A DNA stretch of 64,000 nt from Adineta vaga. Its lineage: Eukaryota; Animalia; Rotifera. The stretch covers positions 4,340,001-4,404,000 of the forward strand of contig CP075492.1 in the NCBI GenBank assembly GCA_021613535.1, written 5' to 3'. Below are positions 61,601 to 64,000 of this stretch, one piece after another. The position numbers and the translations under genes were made by a program. The notes under the pieces were generated by a model. The model was not told where the DNA came from, made no database searches, and saw only the letters and a list, made by a program, of their open reading frames with translations. The stretch's first letter is position 1; the number at the start of each line of letters is the position of its first letter.

Positions 61601-63996
61601 TTTTGTTGAATATGAAGTAATTTTTCGTAGAATAAAAGTGCTTTGATATATTCGCCTGCTTGTTTGTACATTTGAGCTATATCATAGTAAGAAGAACATA
61701 GTTTTACGTCAATTGATGAATAAATTTCTTCTTTAATTTTCACCGATTGTTCATAATATGAAATTGCTTTGATATAATCATTCATCTTTGCATAGATATT
61801 ACCAATATGATCATAGGATAAAATTAAATCATGATGATTGGAAGATAGAATTTGTAATTTCATTTGAAGAGATTTTTCGAACATATTTAGTGCTTCAGAG
61901 AATTCATTCATGTTTTGATAATTCAGGCCAAGTTTGTCATACAATGTGATCAAGTCTGGATGATAAGGTGGAAGAGTTTTTTGTTTGATTTCAAGTGATT
62001 TTTGATAGTTGGTTATTGCTGTTAAATATTCATTTCTTTCCTCATAAATCGTACCGATGTTATCGTAAGAAATAGCTAAATCGAAATGATCTTTAGGAAG
62101 AAGTTTTAGATTAATATCAAGTGCTTTTCCATAGTAATAAAGTGCTTTGGAATAACAGCCAGTATTTCGATATAATCTTCCCATAGTTTGATAAGTTGAA
62201 CATAATGAAGGATGATCTGATGGAAGAATTTCTTCATTCACTTTTTGTTCTTTTTCATAGAAGGATAATGCCTTTATAGAATCATCTATTTTTTCATAGA
62301 TCAGACCAATATTATGGTAGCAAAATGTCCATTTAGAATAATTATAAGGAAGAATATGTTCAGAGATTTTCAATGCTTTTTCATATGAAGTGATCGCTTC
62401 AATATTTTGATCCATTTTGTCATATATTCGACCGAGACTGATATAACAAGCAGATAAATCAGATTCTTTTCCAACATGAGATGATTCTTGACAAGTTTTT
62501 AATAATTTTTGATAAAATAAAAGAGCATTGGGATAATCATTCATTTTGAAATATATATTACCAATCTTATTGTATGAATTTAATAGATACGAATGTTCAG
62601 ATGAAAGCGTATCTTTATAGATATGAAGTGCTTCTGTATATTGTTCTAACTTTTGAATCTCAGAAGGATGAACTTCTTCATCCAAATCATAAATTTTGGT
62701 AGTTATTTGAGAAGAGATAATGATATCTGGTGGATTCAAAGGATTCGGTTGTTGTAAGATTTCACGACTATCTTCAGGATCGATATCATCATTGTCGTTT
62801 CCTTCATCTTCACACGAATATTCGTAGTAAACCGAATTAGATTTACGATCTGTTCTTGCATATTTTCTCGACTGTTCAGGTAAATATGATTCATGTTGTC
62901 TTTTATTTTCATTTGTAGTCAATTTTGATATCATTGAATTTATCTGTTTAGCTTCATCATAGTGATCCATTTTAATTAAAAATGATCTCAATCGATACCA
63001 TTCTTTCAAGTTTGAGAATGTTTTCTCTTTCATATTCTTCATGAATGCATGATAAGCTTGATCTTTGTCATTAATTAATATCAAATTCACTTGAAATAAC
63101 CGTTGTTTATCATTCAATAATTTTATATCGACAATTCGAAAAACGGTATTGAGTGAAAACAGAATTTCATGTTCTGTTTGAGAGCAATTGGCAACGTCAA
63201 TAGAAGCAAACGGCATTGAAGAATTGCACGGATCAATTGTAATAAGGAAAAGAATACTAATTAAGTCAGAATTAAGACATAAACGATGAGCACAAATCAA
63301 AGCAACATTACGATTTTTACTCGCACAGAGAAAATTGTTAAACGACATCAGACCATTCTTGGTTTGCGTCATTTTGATGAAATCTGATTTAGGTAAACCG
63401 TGTGCATGATACACGATCAATTTTTCATCCGAAGAATAGTGGCGAAACTGTTCCGAATATAAATGTTCAATATGTCGATGCAGATCAACTATAAAAAAGC
63501 CGATTTTGATTATGAAATTGACATTCATCGATTGAATAGCACGATTGAGCATTGTATATAAGAATTTATTCGAAGTAAACCACCAACTTGACGTTTTACT
63601 ATAATAATTTTCTTGAAATTTCTTCAGCTGCATAAATTCATCTTGGTTTTTGTCGAATAGATGAGAAAAATCTTTAAGTTGTTCTGATTTAAAGTCGATA
63701 GTCAATAGAATTTCTCTTAGAATTTGCATACACATAAATATCGAATCAATTCTCTGGCCATTCAAAAAACTAATTGAAATATCGTCTTGTTTAGATGATA
63801 GAACAATCTGGTCATTCATCACATCAGTTGATGACATTTCCGATGAAATATGTTGAACTTTATTCCATTGTTGATAATCTTTATCGTCATTTGAAAGAAT
63901 AAATATTTTCTGAATTTGATCAATATCATGAATCAATGGAATGATATTTTCACAGAATATATCAGTTGATACTAAATAAACTTTTCCATCTATCAT
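58654..63996 (-). CDS. ADP-ribosyltransferase-like domain + long TPR array protein; probably continues past the window edge
   Basis: N-terminal WWFT..FLYTMLNRA, LIVYHAHG, LMSFNNFLCAS, PFASI, EHEILFS; followed by about 30 ~42-aa TPR units (HPDLAxSYNNIGxVY..YSKALxxYEKxL); no intron in 5.3 kb. Confidence 0.85.
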   Translation of the reverse strand: MIDGKVYLVSTDIFCENIIPLIHDIDQIQKIFILSNDDKDYQQWNKVQHISSEMSSTDVMNDQIVLSSKQDDISISFLNGQRIDSIFMCMQILREILLTIDFKSEQLKDFSHLFDKNQDEFMQLKKFQENYYSKTSSWWFTSNKFLYTMLNRAIQSMNVNFIIKIGFFIVDLHRHIEHLYSEQFRHYSSDEKLIVYHAHGLPKSDFIKMTQTKNGLMSFNNFLCASKNRNVALICAHRLCLNSDLISILFLITIDPCNSSMPFASIDVANCSQTEHEILFSLNTVFRIVDIKLLNDKQRLFQVNLILINDKDQAYHAFMKNMKEKTFSNLKEWYRLRSFLIKMDHYDEAKQINSMISKLTTNENKRQHESYLPEQSRKYARTDRKSNSVYYEYSCEDEGNDNDDIDPEDSREILQQPNPLNPPDIIISSQITTKIYDLDEEVHPSEIQKLEQYTEALHIYKDTLSSEHSYLLNSYNKIGNIYFKMNDYPNALLFYQKLLKTCQESSHVGKESDLSACYISLGRIYDKMDQNIEAITSYEKALKISEHILPYNYSKWTFCYHNIGLIYEKIDDSIKALSFYEKEQKVNEEILPSDHPSLCSTYQTMGRLYRNTGCYSKALYYYGKALDINLKLLPKDHFDLAISYDNIGTIYEERNEYLTAITNYQKSLEIKQKTLPPYHPDLITLYDKLGLNYQNMNEFSEALNMFEKSLQMKLQILSSNHHDLILSYDHIGNIYAKMNDYIKAISYYEQSVKIKEEIYSSIDVKLCSSYYDIAQMYKQAGEYIKALLFYEKLLHIQQKILPSDHSDLIHSYENISCLYIQIGEYDMALIFQTQAIDVNKKHFSPNHLNFITSYNNLGLIYNRMGDYIKALENYQKVLNIQQQFLLKNHPDLIISYTNISRIYMNMNEYSQALPFQLKSIEIQEQAVPINTHELVISYNILSEIYCTMAEYSQALATYEKSLVLQEQLSPLNPSALANTYYNISTLYFVLNKLHEAYLFCEKALDIFEKLVPKENSYLAMCYNSMGTIHKNMGNYLKAYPYYEKAIEIYEENSFTQLLDMAISYDNIANVYFHIDMFSKAILFYEKSLLSREQLQSINPLDLATCLSNIGLVYDKMKDYSKALSSYEKVLQILKNIDPPNYSDLMACWNNITVIYEKLGEYSKAWDYNQQCLHVLQQSLPSNHPDFAVCYDNMARVCYNLNNYSQALVYYELSLKIKQESVPSIPTDIMKTYNYIGDIYKTMGKHSNAILFYKKSLKIGLKDLSEDHSSSAMCYDNIGHVYQETGDYTDALFYYNKSCELQEKLLLTDHLDLTRYHNIGMIYEKMGDSTLAMRYYEKSLPSNHPDLLVICNRIGISYYKAGDYEKAFSHYEKTLNDYKESLSINHFECATIYNNIGSLYDNMGENKKALSSFEEGLKLYQQTSSPIDNDLSVFYHNIATTYFKMEEYTKALEFYEIILNLKEKQPTKIDFDLSACYDNIGKIYENMNNYSKGLLYYKKSLNVKLTNTFSNQSDLLISYTNMSNMYFIMGDYSRAFDFYQKAFEIKEKTLVEDPINLALAYNNMAVVCADVDKCPEAILYYEKAIQIYRKFPDKSMNLAKCYNNIGTVYKNNDQYSKALIFYKRSLKIQQQIVPEDYLDLAVAYNNIGTVYDDLRDYPSALCQYKKVREIFEKTLPTTHPSFAIIYNNIGFMYDNMGEYSKALLSYERALHICKSILPSDKLNMAVLYNNIGTMYYRMGEYSKAFLFAEQTLLVGRSSLPSNHSKLKQWQKNLEIIQERNI

Positions 63997-64000
63997 ATTT

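Noticed and set aside
58654-62600. Periodic ~126-nt pattern as a CRISPR-like or satellite array
   Set aside because: Explained by TPR coding repeats; no identical DNA repeats with unique spacers.
1-64000. tRNA, rRNA or CRISPR loci
   Set aside because: None recognised by eye; tRNAscan-SE/Infernal would be needed to exclude small RNA genes.

Overview
AT-rich eukaryotic (metazoan) genomic DNA with many short (~50-60 nt) GT-AG introns. Intron size, codon usage and gene families (ART-TPR, ARM-TIR, intronless foreign-looking genes) point to a bdelloid rotifer; this is an inference. Conserved genes I can read: SPEF2, a Piwi-clade Argonaute, RPL31, a ZDHHC palmitoyltransferase, RFWD3, SKP1, an RBR E3 ligase, an R-SNARE, LMBRD2, an Alba/RPP25-like ORF and a TTLL6/7 polyglutamylase. 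Interleaved are immune-like or possibly horizontally acquired genes: an intronless 2199-aa SIR2-like + NACHT + helical-repeat protein, an ARM-TIR protein, an ART-TPR protein, a death-domain protein, a YHYH protein and a secreted amidase. The most striking arrangement is the SIR2-NACHT gene head-to-head with piwi, with a ~1.7-kb near-perfect foldback (Sola3-like) element between them. Two nested ORFs also stand out: RPP25-like inside a predicted 5'-UTR intron of LMBRD2, and a 79-aa antisense ORF inside a TTLL intron. Exon models were assembled by eye, so boundaries of multi-exon genes are approximate, and family calls come from motif recognition, not database searches.
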